In this document: positions 1 to 12,299 of the stretch, in pieces | Position numbering within the stretch: position 1 is the first letter of the stretch | How the letters are laid out: each line of letters begins with the position of its first letter | Assembly (NCBI RefSeq): GCF_009914755.1 | Contig: NC_060927.1 | Source of the DNA: the human T2T-CHM13v2.0 reference genome, Homo sapiens | Length of the DNA stretch: 64,000 nucleotides | Reading direction: 5' to 3' (one strand) | Notes under the pieces: model-generated | Seen by the model: the letters and a program-made list of their open reading frames with translations, nothing else | Told to the model about the DNA's origin: nothing | The model's database searches: none | Position numbers and translations under genes: made by a program

Positions 1-166
1 GAAGCTGTGTGTCAAAGATCTATGATCAACTGGGTCCCCAAATGACCATGGAAAGAAAAATTGGTTCTCTACCAAGCACTGTTATGTGAATAAGGAATAA
101 CCTTCTATTGTGCTTCTAATGTTTGTTTTTCGGCTTATAGCAGCTGGTGTTACCCTAAATGATACA
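1..166 (+). mobile_element. 3' part of an MLT1-type (ERVL-MaLR) LTR
   Basis: Ends ...ttatagcagctggtgttaccctaaatgataca, resembling the MLT1 3' terminus; truncated by the window edge. Confidence 0.5.
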
Positions 167-855
167 GGCGGTCATCCCTAGAGATTTTATTGTTATCAGC
201 TTACTTAGTATTCGTGCCCTGAGTCTTGCAGTTTCCACTGCAGAGAACTCTGCAGGGTTCTGAGGTCTGAAGACTTTGTGAGGCTTTAAATGAAAAGTAA
301 AACACACAGGTTACATTCATCAGTCCTGATCTCAGCCTGTCTCTGCTTTGAGTGTCTTGTCCCCTGAGGGCTTCTCAAGCAAGAGGGAAATGTTCTGACT
401 GTGGCCTAGCAGTGTCTTTTCTCTTGATTGACTGATCAATGTAGTTTGTTCCTGCTGCTAGGTTTCTGATGAGATTTATGACCACCAGGGCTGCCATATT
501 TCAGTCCTTATTTTCACCCTTCTTTGCTTAAAGAGAGCCATTATAGTGGCATCATCATCTTTGACTGTTTTCAAAATTTTACTCACATGAGGCCTGTGAG
601 GAGCTCCCAGCTCTCAGATGTCAGAGCTGCTGGGTGAAAGCTACGTTTGGGGAGATAGCACAACAATTCCTTCTCTTACTCATGTTTATCAGCAGTAGGT
701 ACTGGCAGGGACATGGTGCCAGTGAAATACTTTTTTAACACTAACTTAGTGTTGAAACGTGTGCACATTGTCAGTGTTTCTAAAGGTCATTCTAAATCTG
801 AGGGTTGGGGACAATTTTCCTGGACTGATTTTGGGAAACTAGACTCCTTCCACTC

Positions 856-881
856 CTGCTGCTGCTGCTGCTGCTGCTGCT
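856..881. repeat. (CTG)8 trinucleotide repeat
   Basis: Eight uninterrupted CTG units at 856-879 plus CT. Confidence 0.97.
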
Positions 882-1460
882 ACCACTAGCCATGTGCAAG
901 CAGTAAGTGAGGAAATTTATCTTGCTGGGTAAATCCAAGCCTCACTTTATTAAAATATCTCAGAGGAAGACCTGACAAGGAGTGGGCAAACTGCCCATAA
1001 CCCTGTTACTACAGATGTCAGGGTCTGAGAACTAGGTTAAATGTTTGCCTTCTCTGAGACTCTACATTTCTGTTTTTTTCTTATTCCTCCAGATGAGAGA
1101 AGCTTGAAACAAGGACACCTGTGTACTATGCAGTAGCCCACAAATGGTTTCTTTAAGATATGCCCCCTTCCTATTTCTGGAGACTGGCAATATGTTGGAA
1201 GTGGGTAGGAATAAGACAACTCAGCGGTTGAGGATTTTGAAAATGAGTATGTTAGATGTTATGGATTATCACTTTTACACCCATAATTCTCAGCATCTTA
1301 AACTTAGCATGTCACCATTCAGACTGAACTGAATTGAATTCTATTTATTTCTGTAGACAGAGGCATCTCCTTTTACTATTGATGGGTTTCCTTAGGTGTT
1401 TATAACAGAACATCTCATGACTCTTCAAATATTTATCATTAACATACTGTTGAATTAAGA

Positions 1461-2022
1461 CAGTGTGATGATTGCTCAAAGACCTGAGGACAGAAATATC
1501 ATTCGACCCAGCAATCTAATTACTGAGTTTATACCCAAAGAAATATAAATCATTCTATAAAGACATATGCACACATATGTTCATTGCAACACTAGTCACA
1601 ATAGCAAAAACATGGAATGAACCTAAATGCCTATGAATGATAGACTGAATAAAGGAAATGTGGTACAGATGCACCATGGAATACTATGCAGCCATAAAAA
1701 AGAGTGAGATCAAGTCCTTTGCAGGGACATGGGTGGAGCTGGAGGCCATTATCCTTAGCAAACTAACATAGGAGCAGAAAACCAAATACTGCATGTTCTC
1801 ACTTCTAAGTGGGAGCTAAATCATGACAACAGTGGACCACATAGAAGGGAACAACAGACACTGGGGCTTACCTGAGGGTGGATGATGGGAGGAGGAATAG
1901 GATCAGGAAAAATAACTAGGCTTGATACCAGGGTAATGAAATAATCTGTACAACAAACCCCCATGACACAAGTTTACCTCTGTAATAAACCTGCACACAT
2001 ACCCCCTGAACTTAAAGACAAA
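1461..2022 (+). mobile_element. 5'-truncated L1 3' end (older L1PA, L1PA13-16-like)
   Basis: Typical L1 motifs: gacccagcaatc, ggaatactatgcagccataaaaaag, atgttctcacttctaagtgggagcta, acaaacccccatgacacaagtttacct. Confidence 0.9.
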
Positions 2023-3160
2023 ATCGAAATATATTGTTTATTATTATTTGGAAAGCCATCTGAGCATTTGTCTCCTTTTAACCATAATGCTCCCTGACAT
2101 CAATAACAGTTACATAATTTAGAGGAGGTCATAGCTATGTTATCTTTTAAAAAAATCGTGTCTAAATAATTCCAACTTTCTAGCCCCTCTTTGAACTTTT
2201 CAAATTGCTTATCCCCATTCACAAACTCTCCCAGGAGAAATTGTGTGGGTCCCCTACTAATGGCCCGTTCATGTAAATCATCTCGAATGGTCTCACCTTC
2301 ATTAGTGACTGCTATAGTTATATTAGAACAAATCTCCAAAGCTGTTAAAATTCAGATGGTACCAGGGACCCAAACAGCTGTTATACATGCTATTAAAAAG
2401 TTTCAGTTGCCCCTGAACACATTGTTTCAGTGTCTGTTTTTTTCTAAGTCTCTGGAGAATTTGGAGAGAACAAGAATCTCTTTCTAGAACACATAACTCA
2501 GGGAATAATGGAGACAGAGAACTTGATAACAGACCAATATTAAATGTCTTTAATTTCATCTTGATAATTTCTAGCTGGAAAAATTGTGTTGGTTTTCTTC
2601 TTGAGATTAGGTTTGTTTCATCATATTTGTCAGAGACTGCCATGAGGAGATACTTTTTCTTTCATTTTTTATGTGGCTGGATGGTACCCTCCTCTTCGCA
2701 CCCCTGCCACCAGCCTGCCCTTCTTTGGGAGGTAAGGAGAGCTTTTACAAGGTAACTCAGGCCTAAGAAGCAGACAGACATTGCCTTCAGCATAATCAGG
2801 TAGGGGAGGCATGCTAGCAAGGAAATAGTCACTCCCCACAGCATGACGTTGTCTGAGTGTGCTTTAGACATTCTGCACTCAAATCCCACATGAATAATAG
2901 CCTCTTCCCTCCTCCTCTACCTCACAATATGGAACATCTCCTCTTTTAAGTCAGCAACAACAGTGAAAACAGGTAGGGACTGTCCATCCCTGCCGGAGGC
3001 CACAACCAAGAGAAGTGGCACCGAGGTGGGAAGAGAAAGGAGGCTTAACGCACAGAAAGAGAGAAAAAAAAAAAGAGTGAAGGTGAGGGTCTGGGAGGTA
3101 CTCTCTCTCTCCTGAGGTGATGGCTACCTCGGCCTCCATGGGAAGTTAGGCATGAGATCC

Positions 3161-3550
3161 TGTGTCAGAGGAGATGCTTTTGCACCAAGGAATAGAAACA
3201 CTTGACACAAACAGTTAAGGGAGAAGGAGGCATTATTTCCCACAGACGCAGTCTCTGATGTATTTGTGATGGCTCTGGTTTCCTCAGAATTTCAGTTTAT
3301 GCCTTCCTCAATGCGTGGGCTTTGTCATCAGGCTGGCAGCTTGGTGACATCAGTAGTTCCAGGTTATCTTGCCACCACAGCACCAGAGAGAAGGACGTCT
3401 GTCTTGTGGCTTTCTCTTTACATGGAGAAGACTTTTCTTTGAATCCCAGGAGACTTTCATTATTTCTTGTTGGCTAGAATTAGGTTATATGCCATTCTTT
3501 AATCACTGACTAGTAAAGGATGGAATTACCGTGATAGTCTTACACTAATT
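3161..3550 (-). mobile_element. Old MaLR LTR (MLT1K/L-like)
   Basis: Reverse-orientation MLT1 motifs such as ttggctagaattaggttatatgcc and aaggaatagaaacac. Confidence 0.55.
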
Positions 3551-4361
3551 ATTTGGAGCAAATTGAATATTGGAGAATCAGTCATCATGATACTAAAGTT
3601 ACCATATCTGTGATGGTACAAGATGGTTATTTCTTATCTTACTATCTCTTGTATATTATCAATTAGATGGTTTAATTTTGTCTAGATATTTAAAGTACTT
3701 GAAAACTGGTATGTAATATAAGAGTTGAAAATAAATATATTCCTCTTCTATAATTAAACTATATATATGACGTCTAAATTATATCTACATATACTGCATA
3801 TATTTTATATTACTATTGTGTTACATATTATGCTATATTATGTTTTTATTGTGGTTATACTATGTATAAACTAAACATTATATGTTTTAAAAACTTATTT
3901 CAAAGTGCCATATGTTCTAACAGAAATCCTTTGTCACATCAATATAATTTCCTAGTTGCTTGTTGGTTTTTGGAAATTGCCAGTATGCTTTTTTGGTTGA
4001 TGCAGCATTCACTAGCTAAATGGCACCCTGTCAGAACCATGGCTTGCCAGTTGCATCAAATGCTTCTGACACACTTCCCCTTCCCACCCTTGATTGTCAT
4101 TAGAAGACTGAGATTCTTGACAGAACCTGAATGGGGTTTGTGTCTTTGCCCCCATCTTAGCATTGAGCTTTCTGATGATCTCTAGGCCTCCATTCTTTCT
4201 ATCTTCTCTTCCCCCCACAGTTGGTCAGATTGGTACCATCCATGTTCTGGCCTCATATCAGCTGCTTCTTTGAGGGCAGGGATCAAAAGGAATTGCCATA
4301 CGTAGAGGGAAGGAGGCAGGGGAAAGGAATAGCCAGGGAGGGGCAAATTGGCTTCTCCTGG

Positions 4362-4890
4362 TTGTTGCAGGAGCCAGGATCTGGCATTTTGGTTTGCCTT
4401 TCTGATGGAGAGGGCTGTGAATGACTGTGTGCCCTGCCTTGGCCAGTCACAGGAGAGTGGGCACCATTGACAAAGAGGCAGCTGGTTGGGGTGCTCTCTA
4501 TGAAGTGAAAAAAAGGCAGAGTGGGAGAGACAATAAGAAATGTGGACATAAAAGAAAGAGGCCCTCATGGATATTGATGGCCTATTTGGGTTGGCTCAAC
4601 TGGCTGTGGGAAGGGTGGGGTGTGGTGGGAAGCACTGGGTGGCATAAGGCTTCTCTGCCCAGAGATTACTCAAGAGGCAGTGAGGCTCCCTTGGTCACTG
4701 GCTGGGATGTCCAGGGCAGAATTCTCCTCCAAGACTGTTCACAATGTCAGGGATGGCCGCTCCCCATGGGGGATGGATTGTCAAATAAAGTAGGGCTCCC
4801 CAGGCTCACCTGGGAGTCCTGTACTGACATCTATCTCAGCCCATAGACCTGACCATCTCTTCAGCCACCACCTAGGCCTGGCAGGGTTAG
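4362..4890 (+). mobile_element. Probable ancient solo LTR, family uncertain
   Basis: ~530 bp starting TGTTGCAGG, AATAAA near 4784, ending cctggcagggttaga; LTR-like layout only. Confidence 0.35.
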
Positions 4891-6112
4891 ATGTTTCTAA
4901 TGGGTGGGTATAGACCCTCCTCACCTTGTCCCATTAGCCTCCCTCTCCCATCTAAAACCTTTTGAACCAGGAGGCAAATTGCCAGCTCATTTAAAAAAAA
5001 AAAAACAATGAACTGCAGCAGATCCAGTACCCAAAATAGAAGAGTCTCTTGACATTGCAGTGTGTGGTTTCTGAGATAAACCACATGTGCTAGAATTTAC
5101 ATTATTAATTAATTCTACCATTTATGGCAGTTTTACTATTTACTGGCCAATATGGAGATATTTACATATTTGAATAGCTTATAATAGTGTGTACCTGCTG
5201 AATATTAGTTGTGGTTACATGTCTCTCTCATTTCTAAACAGTGGCTTCTGGAGGTGGGTGCTGAATTTTATTGCTTAACCCTGAATAACCAATTAATTTT
5301 TGCTGGGTAACTGTGTGGGTTTCTATGGTTGAGGGAGGCGATAGGCCACCTTCTCACCTTTTATCAGAATAGACTCCCCACTCTTTTCAATGTGAAAGGT
5401 GGAATGCTTAGCTCGACCACTGACAAGCACAACTGATAGCTTCTGAATATCCTACTTCCTTCCCCTTACAGCGAGGGGAACACATCATTCATTATTCTCG
5501 TGTTATACCTTTTTATTTTTACAAATAAACAAAAATGAAACTAACATCATTCCCTGCTAAGGAACTCAAAAGTAGACATTATATAGGAATGTGAACCGTG
5601 AAAGTATATCCTGGAATTTATGGTCAATGCGCTTTGAAGGTGAAAAACACCCTCTAGTCATACAACATTACTATAGCTCCTGTCTGTCCTTTTATCCATT
5701 TCCCCCATAGTTTGCTCGCTGACTTGAGTAACCTGCAAAAGAGATCTGAAGAGAGAAGGAGAAATGAAGAAGCACACTGGAAAAATTCTTCATTTATTAT
5801 TAACTTAAAACTCCAATTGACTTGCTTCCCCCAGGGCTGGAGACTACAATGGGACATGGAATTGGTCCAGTTAGGCTCAAAAATTCAGAGAAAGAGATTG
5901 GTGTAGTGGAAAGATCAGTGAACTGGGAGAGAAAATTGCTGAATGCTAACCATAAATGTGATTTTCTGAGTCCCTTAACTTTCCAATGACTTCTTTCATA
6001 CTTTGGACACCTTGTTCTCTCTCTTTGCTAGCTTTTACTTCTTGCCATTCTATGGTTTTCTTGTCTTTTTGTATGGCTTAGGTATATAACAGATTAAAAA
6101 ATGCATCAGGAC

Positions 6113-6614
6113 TGTGTGGTGGTTAATTTCTGTTGTGTAAGATAGCATCCCTTAGCTTTGTGGCTTAAAACAAAAGCCATTCTCTTTAGTTTACAATTCT
6201 GTGGATCATTCAGTTCTTCTGTCTTGGGCTGGCTCAGCTTGATCATGGCTGGCTCTCTTATGCTGCTACCATCAGCTGGCAGATCTGCCGGCTGATCTAG
6301 AATGGCCTCCCTTGCATGTCTAGTGGTTGGTAGGCTGGCAGCCAGGGTCTGGATGCCTGTTGGCTGGGGTGCCTCGGTTCTCCTTTAACAGGCTAGCTTG
6401 GACTGAATCACATGGTGGACTCAGGGTCCCAAGCTCAGCAGGTTGGCAAGTCAGAATGCTCAAGCACTTTTCAAGCCTCTGATCACATCAAGTTTGCTAA
6501 TGTCCTGTTGGCCAAAGCAAATCACACTGTACATGGAGATTCAAAGGGTGAAGAAATAGATTCCATTTCTTTATGGGAGGAAAGGAATTTATGGCCATTT
6601 TTGCAATTTATCAC
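6113..6614 (-). mobile_element. MLT1G/H-like LTR
   Basis: gtggcttaaaacaa, ttggccaaagcaaatcaca, gaaatagattcca and ttgcaatttatcac match the MLT1 reverse consensus. Confidence 0.75.
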
Positions 6615-7012
6615 GGACTGCATTTTGAGACATCTGAAAAATGTATTGCAATGGCAGATAACATTTTTGAGTGTTTAGCATGTGCCACACATTATGGTCA
6701 TCAAAAAATTTACATTCTCATGATACTTGCCCTTATAGGCCCTACATCTTTGGTGCTTCCATTAAAAAAGGAAAGTGGCTATGTCAAACTCTACTCTGCT
6801 TTTACACAGCAGATGTGGTGCAAAAATGTTTCTTGTAAATAGAAATTTTGTAGCTTGAATTATATTTTCAGCACAATAGGGGGATTGGCTATTTCAAGGA
6901 ACCCTGTTGCAAATCCTTTTGGAAAGTAAAGAATCCTTTTGTAACACCTGAAATCACCTCCTGCTTTAGCTGTCTGGAAGGTCAAAGCAAAGGGATTTGA
7001 AAATATGGATAA

Positions 7013-7198
7013 TGTAGAAAGGTCTCTGGCTTTGGAGTTGAACTGACCTAGGTTCAAATCTTACCGGGTAAGTAATCTTGGGCAAGTTATTTAACTTCCG
7101 TAAGCCTTAGTTTCTTTTTTGTTGTTGTTGTAATAGGATTAATAGATATCTGTCCCCATTGGCTTACATGAAAAGGGAAAAATTATGTAAAGGGCTAG
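7013..7198 (+). mobile_element. MIR SINE
   Basis: MIR core: gacctaggttcaaatc...cttgggcaagttatttaacttc...gccttagtttc. Confidence 0.7.
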
Positions 7199-7621
7199 AT
7201 ATTTTACAGAGGTTCAATAGATTAGTACAATATATTCTTCCACATTATCAGATGTTAGATTTTGTGTAACTACTGTCCTGCTATTTCCTACTACAGATAA
7301 AAACCTTTTGAAATATTTGTTTTCCAGTTTCGGCATTAGCTTGGCTTGGGTTCTCTGTGTCTGTTCTTTTAATCTCACCATAAAGCTATATAGCTATTTG
7401 CATTCCTTAATCAAATTCAAGAGGGTAGATGAGGAAATGAATTCATAGCTCTGTAGACATCATGGGGTAAAAAGTCTGTACTAAACCAATTTAAAATAAA
7501 TTAGCTGAGAAAAAGCAGGTGCTGCCTGACACAATATGCAAAGTTATCTTTTAACCCAATCAGCAGAGAACAGAAAAACAATTAGCAAATTGGATAGCTA
7601 TTCCAGGTGTCTGAGGGCCAC

Positions 7622-7640
7622 TGGCCACAAGATGGCCACT
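7622..7640 (+). promoter_or_regulatory. CTCF-like motif overlapping a YY1-type AAGATGGC
   Basis: TGGCCACAAGATGGCCACT resembles the CTCF core CCACnAGRKGGC; motif only, no binding data. Confidence 0.35.
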
Positions 7641-10130
7641 GAAGGGATCACCACCAGCTTCAGGTCACTAGGTAGACTTGCAGTATCAGCACAAAACCCT
7701 GACTTGGGGTGGCCAATCTCCCAAGCAGCTCTAATTAGGCCCAAGAGGCAATTGCATAAGAACTACTGAGAACATCGCAGACTCATATTTGCTTCTTTCT
7801 CAGGATTTTATATGAGAGCCTGGTAATGAATGTTCTTTAACAATAGGAGCTGAGAGACCTTAGTGTTAATAGCACTCCTGAGGATACAACTTCCTTTATT
7901 TGCAATCCTGCAAAGATCAGTTGGATACCATTGTTAAATCTTGAAATTGCACCCCCACTTTCCCCAGTCTACATTGTGGCTTAACTCAGAAGACAGGACC
8001 ACGGGGAAGGGCTTTTTCTTAACCACCAATCCCCTCCCTATGCAGTAATGAACAATAAATAATCTAGCACTGATTGGTTTTGAAATTTTTTTAAGGGTCC
8101 AGCCCATTTTTAAAGCGTTTTAGGAACAAAGCGTTTGTTTGTTTGTTTGTATTAATAAAGAGTAATAGAACCTCTCTAACATCCACAGGTTAAAATACTA
8201 TAATGTTTCTGAATTCAGGGGCTGCTTTGGTCAGATGTATTGGTTCCCTTGGTCTGCTTTTCCTGAGTCCCTACTCAGGAAATTACTAATTCCTAAGGAG
8301 TTAATTTACTGAGTGAAAAGGTACTCAGTAGATTAGTTCTCTAGTTGAATTGTAGTGGATAACTCAGAAATTTCTTTCCCCCTTCCTGTCCTTCCTCCCT
8401 TCTTTTCCTTCACTAAATACACAGAGATCCTAACGTGGAACAGCCACCGTTCTAGGTGATGGACATGAAGCAGGGAGTCCAGTAGGTTTGGGAGCAAGAT
8501 CACTCTGAAGAGTTCTAGCCATAACCAGCAACACCTGAAGAGTCTCAGGGAAGACTCACTCATTAGTGGGTATGTCAGGAGATGGTCTGGCTTCAGTGAT
8601 CTTATGTTGATAGAGCCACTTAGTTGCTTATTAAGAGACTGATTCTTGGGCCATATTTAGGAATTTAGTCACTGTATTCAGTGAAGCAGCTGAATTTCTA
8701 CCTTTTAAATAAGGACTCCTGTGATGCAGCAGATCCACAAATGGCTTTTGAAAACTTAGCAGTTATTGGCTGAAAATCTCAGGTAGGCCCATGGAGCCTG
8801 TGTGCCCCATATTGGATCCTAAGGTCATCTGCCCTCCATTCCTCTGGCAAAATCATCTCACACCTCCAGCTGGTATTAACATCTGCTACCTAAATCCCCA
8901 AAGCTGCTCTGGCCCCAGCTTTGTCCAAGGTTAGTCCCTTAACCACTTCTTGTATTCTGTGAACCATCACAAAGTCTTCAAACATATTATTATTTGGCCT
9001 ATGTCAGCCAGGGTCATTCTGTTGGTATAAGCAAAGAAACAGTGAGAGCATGCAATCTTGGTATGTGGATGGTGGATGGTGTTCTGGCTTTGTGGGGATA
9101 TCATATCTGGGAAGGGAGTGAGTCTTCTGCATAGTCCATTAAAGGAAAGTCTACCCTGCCCTCTACCTCCACCCCCAGAGGGGGTGTATTCTGTCTCCTC
9201 AGGCAATGCTGCTGTGAATATTTGCATGAATTTCCCTTTTTCCTTCTAGGCTCTGGGGACAAGAACTGTGTCTTATTCTTGTCTATGGCTCAGGGACCAG
9301 CAAGGGGCTTGGAACATAGCAGGTTACCTGTGTGATTGTGAAAGAGGAAGATTATACTCTGAACCTGAGCAGTGCTGCAGGTGCTGGGCCTTGCTTGGGG
9401 CCTGACCCTAATTATGAGCTCTCATTGGGTTCTTGGGGTCTTTTTCTGTCTACCTTTGCCCAGTCCTCTGCTTCCTAGGAAAATATAACTAGGTTTCAGG
9501 TGCCTCCAACTGGGTCACTATCCTTAGTATTTGAAATCCAGAGGTCTTTCATTTTCTTAGGAGTTTGTATATTTCTCAGGTCAATTTCTCATATTTGGGG
9601 CCACATTTTATTTTTTGCTTCCCTGAGTCTATTCTGTGCTAAGGGCATGATAGACAAAAGAAAAATATCCATGTCTAAACTTCCCAGGACTTCTAGAAAT
9701 AAGTTTCCAATTAACATTCTTTCCTTGGCAGCCCAATTTTGTGATTAAAGAGCTTCATTGGCTTTGGGAACATTTAGAATTAAAATCCAATACTAACGGA
9801 GACCCAGGGGCATGACCTTATGAATAGAGGCCAGAAAGGAAAGCAGGAAAAGCAGACGGAGCCAATGAAAGGGGCAGGGGGAGGTTGCCATTTCTGGAGA
9901 GGCAAGGGAGGACAAAATAGCCTACTGAGATAATTTGCTCTCCCTCAAAAGGATTCTGTGGCAAGTTCCCTAGCTGTAATAAGGTCTGAGAATCAGGAAA
10001 TTCCAGGGAGCTCATCTTTGTTCCTGCTCTGTGAAATGCCACTGAATAAATCAAGGAATTTATTTGTCACTCGTTTCCTCTATAAACTCACTTCATGGCC
10101 TAGATGTGCTCTGAAATATAGCATCTAAAG

Positions 10131-10523
10131 CAGTCATGGAGAATATCAGAGGTCAGCTTGGAGCCATGTAGAATATCAGAGGTCAGCTTGGAGCCATGGA
10201 GAATATCAGAGGTCAGCTTGGAGCCATGTAGGATATCAGAGGTCAGCTTGGAGCCATGTAGGATATCAGAGGTCAGCTTGGAGCCATGTAGGATATCAGA
10301 GGTCAGCTTGGAGCCATGTGGGATATCAGAGGTCAGCTTGGAGCCATGTGGAGTATCAGAGGTCAGCTTGGAGCCATGTGGAGTATCAGAGGTCAGCTTG
10401 GAGCCATGTGAAATATCAGAGGTCAGCTTGGAGCCATGTGGAATATCAGAGGTCAGCTTGGAGCCATGTGGAGTATCAGAGGTCAGCTTGGAGCCATGTG
10501 GAATATCAGAGGTCAATTTGGAG
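10131..10523. repeat. 30-bp minisatellite (VNTR), ~13 copies
   Basis: Unit GAATATCAGAGGTCAGCTTGGAGCCATGTG; 12 full copies at 10141-10500 plus partial flanking copies. Confidence 0.98.
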
Positions 10524-10699
10524 AGGTTGAATGTAACTGAGCTAGATGTCTGGAGGTAGGACTGTGCCCCCTGTTCATCTGCCCTAGTTTATTCCTTGAC
10601 ATACTGCAGGTCACCTCTCTGTTCCAACCTACTGCTGTTTTTTATTGCATTGTGCTTTCTCACCTCCATTTCCTCTCTGCCTTGAACATCCTTCCCCCT

Positions 10700-11121
10700 T
10701 GACTTAGGTTGTGTTCCCTAGAAGCAGTGATGAAGACAGAGATTTATATGATTTATCAAGGGAGCAGTCTCAGGAGAAGGGGAGGGAAGGAGCCAGGATA
10801 GGGTAAGGGGCAGGAATTACAGGAGAATGAGATATTAATTGATCCCTCAGGGAGTTCTGGAGTGTGAATTGCACTATAGAGATTGTCTCACTTTGAAGCA
10901 GGGGCTCCAGTACCCCCATGTGGGTCAGCTGTTGGAAGTAGGATGTTTCTGTAGGTGGGGGGTGTAACCTCCAAGGTGAGTTGCCACCAGTTTGCCAGGA
11001 GCAATTGTCTGGAGAAGGGAGGCAGATGGGAACCATAGCAGCCAACACCTGAAGCTCCTGACAGTGGGACTACTGCCCTGGTAAAGGACATCTGCAGGGA
11101 GTAGCAGCAGCATACCAGCCA
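10700..11121 (-). mobile_element. LTR16-family (ERVL) solo LTR inserted into an L2
   Basis: Starts ttaggttgtgttccctagaagcag (reverse LTR16 3' end); L2-like sequence on both sides. Confidence 0.65.
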
Positions 11122-11149
11122 CCTGAAGAAATTTGCTTCGTTAACTTCT

Positions 11150-11425
11150 ATTCACTGATTCTTCAAGACTTGGCCCTGGCCACACGTTCTCTGACTACTT
11201 CTTTCCTTTTTAGCCTGCTAAGTGTACTTCCTCCATGTCCTGTAAGCCTCCTGGACTTTCTAACCTCTATCTTACCTCCCTGTATGTTAATGGGCCTGCA
11301 TGAGTATCATCTTTATTAATCATCTCCTTGGTGGTATGAGATTACTTTTCCAATTTCATCTACAATGCCTACCACAGTCTGTATAATGTAATAGTGTCCC
11401 ATAAGATAGTGTGGGGTGGATGAAT
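11150..11425 (+). mobile_element. L2 3' end fragment
   Basis: ttcttcaagacttgg...tacaatgcctaccacagtc...ggatgaat, the L2 tail pattern. Confidence 0.5.
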
Positions 11426-12299
11426 CTTGGATCCTCTATTAGTTTGCTGTGTGATCAAGATGATTTACCTAACTTTTATCTAAGTAGGGAATAGTATCTG
11501 CCCACTGGTCTCTTAATGTTGTTGAGAAGGTCAAACCACAGAACACTATCTTACCTGTGAGGTCTGGTATGAAAACCAGATCTTACTTTATCTTATTCAT
11601 CATAGTGCAAGAGTCTCTTTGACAAAACCCATAAGAAAGTTGTACGCAGCCTAAGACGTAAGTGTCCCTCCTGGCCCATTCCTCCTCTTGGCACCCTGGA
11701 CAGTTCCAACAGATTTTTCTGTCTCACATTGGGTTGAAATCTACCAGTAACTTCTCTTGAGTCTTATTTTGCCTCCTGGAGCCATTTAGAACTAGTCTGC
11801 TCCACATTTCACATGGCAGTCCGTATGGATTGATTATTTCAGGAGTGTTGCTGTCTTGTCTGCTGTTCTCACCTCTTGCTGACAGTGGCTGCCAAGCCTT
11901 CGAAGTCTGACTCTTGCTTGTCTCCTTCCTCTTGTCATCACCTTCCTCTGTTACACAGTTAAGATGGAAAGAGTTGGAGGCTTAATTTTTTTAAGTTCCT
12001 AGGGGAATGGTCCTCAGGAAGGTCTTCTGAGGACACACATAGAATCTTGTCTCTGTTTTTCTAATTCTTGCAACTTGAAGGAAGATGCTGAGAGGCACCT
12101 TACATGACCCTATTTTTCCTCAACAACATCTTGATAATAAATGATGTATCCAAAATTAATTTTCTACTTTTGTGAATAAAGAGTGATTCTATTAGGGTGA
12201 TGAGGAACCTCCACAGCAGTAAGGGATAAAATATCTGGGAACCACTCCTAGTCATCATTCATTAGCTGGGTGACTTTAGGCAGCTCTCTCTCTTTGTTG

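Noticed and set aside
2100-2755. Cluster of overlapping 64-106-aa ORFs
   Set aside because: No recognisable homology in the frames I translated; consistent with chance.
10131-10523. CRISPR-like appearance of regularly spaced repeats (also at 35701-35990)
   Set aside because: Units are head-to-tail without unique spacers, no cas genes are present, and the DNA is primate nuclear sequence.
10100-10559. Three overlapping repetitive ORFs (138, 133 and 70 aa)
   Set aside because: They are by-products of a stop-free 30-bp repeat whose length is a multiple of 3; they have non-ATG starts and no splice or homology support.
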